Source: a virus. From it: DNA of 64,000 bases. The notes beneath the pieces were generated by a model. The model worked only from the letters and a program-made list of their open reading frames with translations. It did no database searches and was not told the DNA's origin. The stretch is taken from positions 1-64,000 of IMG/VR virus record IMGVR_UViG_3300018719_000003, one strand, 5' to 3'. A program made the translations under genes and the position numbers. How positions within the stretch are numbered: the first letter of the stretch is position 1; the number at the start of each line of letters is the position of its first letter. Below are positions 63,501-64,000 of the stretch, piece by piece.

Positions 63501-63744
63501 GTCAGTCAACTCTGGGGAAATGCCCTCCTATCAGCAAAGGGAATACAGCAGTGGCGAACCTGTTGAGCGAGGTGGCAGTATAAGCATTCAGTACGAAAAA
63601 ATAGGGGAACGAGACTATGTTACTCGTGAACAGTTTGAAGAAGGCGTTCGCTATGCTGCTCAACAAGGCGCTCAAGGCGGCGCAAGGATTACGTCAAATT
63701 GGTTACGCAATTCTCCAAGCGAAAGAAGGCGGCATGGTGTCTGA
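54523..63744 (+). CDS. Tape measure protein (3073 aa) with embedded M23-like peptidase and lytic transglycosylase-like domains
   Basis: Long coiled-coil repeats and TM-like segments ('FLLFNVALAVASKML', 'ALVLGALALQQLPSVIATIG'). 'ADYHIDSK...HSHSPNP...GNYAVIYDSKGNLVMKTGHGD' (about 60240-60680) looks M23-like. 'FASLMSWESGGTLNPNVFGGDGNAYKGIIQFS' (about 60838-61140) looks SLT-like. Gly-rich C-terminus. Confidence 0.85.
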   Translation: MDYVASIGIGTGLDLSGLYAGLQQIQSVKVPKLHITPAVDHAQLTALNRHLDKKVEHVKQVNTWMSRNPIKVRVDTSELRIITTELEKFKSKYSSTSVKLNVSGGSSTDLEKIGQKIADSVGNAVTKSMSQSLPSKLAQGLGSSIGGLLENTLGSVFRGVFENVGRELSGGLTKGISAALESAMGNTIGSTELLGENIGKSLSNAITKKLPKDLKQDLQEVFKETLGEANIVTASRSTRGRQGQQKRTSTRLAQEEITIERRDSLRGLKALRQEQDSITSRLGNGVAAQEKGRELQERLQFNRKLPGLSDKQIAEIDATFAQLNTAMEQLIEEEAELLKQQEQIVKKIETAKNQVQKVKSAQAAIAPKEQPKAYTDAIRNLTGSDLPEDKIPQLIVDDKTLKAKGARAGYFAERNAIAVTSAMYKSIQSNTLNQSELESLYHELQHGVQTGFGSFKGLQADKQGRILNTPVRATGKELRAIAPLIGQYEPSLRMSETDAEIIGRRQARSVMAQRERQQRIESLNQMTGLGGTRYEELTKNQIGALKGRLKETLTLAQSSGQGIKDQVEEFFGKLIKIQSDIDKTIDSIAIAPQDFDASQINELEEGIKKQIQEIKALSQELNEIDRSIITELQIPVNTATPEMEMAMNQTPKTNAAAASSQVTRNAINPKSNTVLNAATSSGADSAIARAKEISASFRTAYSQLKKALGEGNQELARTLADTINKNTEAAKKEIKKITKDLGDEAKFGTRVGSQLANTQGQIGRADKLSQQAIAKYGYLNPPNSSSPDSSGDEDEMKARLLEFRSVASTRSMNPDELKQIEELNNLLQESIQSSDEFDLAFKQVNRNTRKEFKQTSQALDETIQKMEQGVSPADELEEQVGGLAKSAYNGVKAFLLFNVALAVASKMLQLTQQAYETTKAFDSLERSIVFTADSTGEGVKNLEYVRKEVDRLNAPVQDATESFNQLSAALKGTKIEGNAQEIFSALNEAALVRQLTPEQRKRFFYGVVQAAGKPVLSSEEVNLQIGEAFPGAQNIFARALNETPEDFRKNLRTGQYGGADSVLKFSRQLRTEFAGGTEDAANSVQGLENRLGNTRVQLERMLGGAIMPLVSTGLKALNLALELVINNADKIALVLGALALQQLPSVIATIGKLANFLLPKMGQGFKVVAAEAVGFSIQTAALALALKVVFDTLGSFKGSDVLDSAIEKNIKQFKRLEEAANKASGSTAKTFNDLDKKLNRDRSQTTFMERFSRNFNPIERISGTYNQFQSGIRTKSRQDDIREFNKRVDLTLGNSQIKSGDAERARELSKLTADPFLGSAQREAYAKEKETIDVRVRAQKELVDSLLEAANAEIEAIDELWAKSDISRAQADILKKDAQSKIPALEAAKKEIENFSNGQVSLIKVMREQLTKVIGAYADANTAIATNTSIFQARISRAQLNGLTPGQAQYAQQMLQQRSLEAQIQSGQGTLGQLNKYVYTPDNKQILFNQGIDPATVGVEELKRLSDLSNKPEEKLLYERLTKIREIEGTVAQQEAQLAQSQAEVATQLYELGKSVDEYLRGITRQTSELELTVEASQASFALAAEKNRLVSKLQGFQSNFFSGFVDSLISGLDSINAAQQAETQRKQALLQNQFQAEDTIRSGSELMRTLPDGLPSDLVPQSIPAIPVKLDVDALQASAGIQDLKGAIAEAVGISRDLNAATVAVNISLAQTAIAGASVSSEFKEVNTDLQGWDKFLADIGFTWNYVQKEFQAGTKENLELQQRWNNLLSIPGILMQRLAGIVGVTLLKSFNPVLAAVAELLVRLGLFPDSVEKIRSKVLSLGFDFKGVTETVTGLGQSIVDSIGNAIDTVKQKIQELKDGGTAETAQEGIAASFSGFGGTGGSAGASGSGAFASGLYTGPAANIGGSADYHIDSKIAKSIGRDMAIQLIDQMAAAYNAQGREMLFSNAAVAGKTWRTDASREEKYALLEQIDAAHSHSPNPTLWDFDYYVPKKGRGLYDKSTEGAEFLLPSVAGGRVEYASGGGYGNYAVIYDSKGNLVMKTGHGDNRKNLPANRTLASVTASTNLNVGSGSKGQFQLPNVGGAGRIPRGGTIGSAERVQSDPAGAVALVKAAQRLGLDPIEFASLMSWESGGTLNPNVFGGDGNAYKGIIQFSPDNQRTYGTSGQQSIAQQIPAVERYLKDRGFQPGKHDIRHAYSAVLAGQASERYWDASDSNGTTVRNAAPKFRQGEHNARARQFLKDSGINLNNVASSGQRSAVLGVQMNNPNTGNAQRIASGQSQVMQNRSSQDQLAIQQEQQALTDLKTRGELEQKSRTEQTRQSLNQLYEQSLANTREFRNLGFAIGDPTPLREFQQQTTATKDSYDDMRRKLVEFQRQTRAGVEQAKRTESELTAPGYQVQPGQNLQEDIATTRKAIAAGSKTLSEVDAILAGIDDQQKRREAFEKERFTREEKLRRLAARDMLTQEKIAETQAQLRRAQLAQQRNPRDFSQGDPIALQAQLDLMQQLLPLDQKRRQLAEQLRLEQIKPEEYNQAIASLQKQEKDIVDNTEAAKKFGLQERQMQFREADFAFLQRQNQASGALTQEQLRAAELFQQTRPFDTTQGDPNTIRYGQSVIQIEQERQQQLLEQDRFALTNTNRSQEELNAIRAKINQASDKRLENARVEFEQNQQRANQERLDFELRRKQQNQQSDLAVTQTRMAGLGAAGIDSSFLTQQVQDAQNQIQYDSAIRELEKTRALTNLTAEDYARQKTNLDQVLTLQKEQSAIARSMSIFSKRAEYGNLKADVLAGNGAEFTAQAIRRETALAQQTLNFTAQIAQLDALKGKIPNEELERMRRQIIEIDRLKTDQIRQQFADLSREIELAGRDATKGFFKGFLVEGKGIFESLKDSFNQLKNQIMGRLVDIGVEALFKGKNTGKDTGGGLLGTILGSVTGAATGGSPFGFLSGVLGFSEGGMVPGRDIGVDTVPAMLRPGEYVMSRDGVANMGSAFLESVNSGEMPSYQQREYSSGEPVERGGSISIQYEKIGERDYVTREQFEEGVRYAAQQGAQGGARITSNWLRNSPSERRRHGV

Positions 63745-63898
63745 AGAACGAGGACGAGGCGTCAGAATTATTTTTGTCCAAGATAGAAACTCTGAAAAGA
63801 CAAATTATGTTACTCGCGAACAACTTGAGGAGGCTATTCAACGCGCTACGGAGCAAGGCGCTCAAGGCGGGGCAAAAATTGCTAGGCGACTTCCTTAG
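63734..63898 (+). CDS. Small ORF duplicating the tape-measure C-terminal module
   Basis: MVSEERGRGVRIIFVQDRNSEKTNYVTREQLEEAIQRATEQGAQGGAKIARRLP. The ATG overlaps the tape-measure stop (ATGgtgtcTGA). Similar to TMP '...ERDYVTREQFEEGVRYAAQQGAQGGARI'. Confidence 0.4.
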   Translation: MVSEERGRGVRIIFVQDRNSEKTNYVTREQLEEAIQRATEQGAQGGAKIARRLP

Positions 63899-63952
63899 CG
63901 AAGTCGCCTAGCAAAAGACGTAGACATGGGGTGTGAGATGCCGACAAAAAAA

Positions 63953-63973
63953 CCGCCCTCGTGGTGAAGGCGG
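63953..63973 (-). terminator. Hairpin CCGCC-N11-GGCGG with an A-run on the plus strand (a terminator if read on the minus strand)
   Basis: AAAAAAACCGCCCTCGTGGTGAAGGCGGTT. Near-identical to the stem-loop at 29870-29889. Confidence 0.4.
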
Positions 63974-64000
63974 TTAATACTCGGATGGTGTTGTGGGGAT

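Larger units (their letters stand above)
1..64000. repeat. HIP1 octamer GCGATCGC dispersed through the whole window
   Basis: GCGATCGC recurs dozens of times in coding and intergenic DNA, for example around 53-60, 3419-3426, 3884-3891, 14321-14328 and 28467-28474. Over-representation of HIP1 is a known cyanobacterial genome signature. Confidence 0.9.

Noticed and set aside
54648-63509. Numerous 60-116-aa minus-strand ORFs inside the tape measure gene, and similar antisense ORFs inside other long genes (for example 538..720, 1078..1308, 39781..40032, 42174..42568 and 45248..45781).
   Set aside because: They are nested antisense to long, well-supported CDSs, lack RBS context and have skewed composition. 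They are typical shadow ORFs.
1-64000. Search for CRISPR arrays, rRNA genes and tandem direct-repeat arrays.
   Set aside because: No regularly spaced direct repeats with unique spacers were seen, and no rRNA-like sequence. The only recurrent short repeats are HIP1, the palindrome family and the leader cassette.

Overview
The window reads as a cyanobacterial long-tailed (siphovirus-like) phage or prophage. The host-type HIP1 octamer GCGATCGC is scattered throughout. All calls come from reading the ORF track and sequence by eye; no searches were run.

Recognisable phage modules:
- Tail tip: a gpJ-like host-specificity gene at the left edge, probably cut by the window. gpM-, gpL- and gpK-like genes lie on the opposite strand (6.2-10.1 kb).
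- Packaging (12-21 kb): portal-like gene, HNH, TerS-like gene, a GIY-YIG endonuclease and TerL.
- Lysis: an endolysin with GH19 and C39-like peptidase domains (33.1-34.5 kb).
- Head and tail (48-64 kb): a capsid gene with an N-terminal scaffold-like region, connector and completion genes, a tail tube candidate, G/T-like chaperones and a 3073-aa tape measure with M23-like and transglycosylase-like domains.
- Accessory DNA-binding genes: XRE, three KilA-N paralogues, AntA-like, DinD/Bro-like and several ribbon-helix-helix (RHH) proteins.

Features that look unusual:
1. A nine-copy palindrome family, (GTGACCGGAG-W-CTCCGGTCAC). Four copies supply the TGA stop codon of a gene and three sit in frame inside genes, including the endolysin linker.
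2. Two apparently catalytically intact TnpB genes, each paired with a small RHH gene where TnpA would normally be. There are also two orphan RHH paralogues and one truncated TnpB.
3. A conserved leader of about 50 nt that runs into the first codons (ATGTCACAG) of several small genes.
4. A histidine kinase, a CheY-like receiver and an 88-aa protein resembling only the kinase dimerisation (DHp) domain, embedded among phage genes.
5. An out-of-frame duplicate of the tape-measure C-terminus as an overlapping small ORF.
6. A chaperone pair whose frames are +1 rather than -1 apart.
7. A six-gene minus-strand operon with a paralogous pair of about 550-aa proteins and a glycosyltransferase.
8. An AT-rich region with a 26-bp perfect inverted repeat and TTGG motifs spaced 9-11 bp apart, next to a winged-helix-like gene.

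No CRISPR array, rRNA, convincing tRNA, integrase or DNA polymerase was seen.
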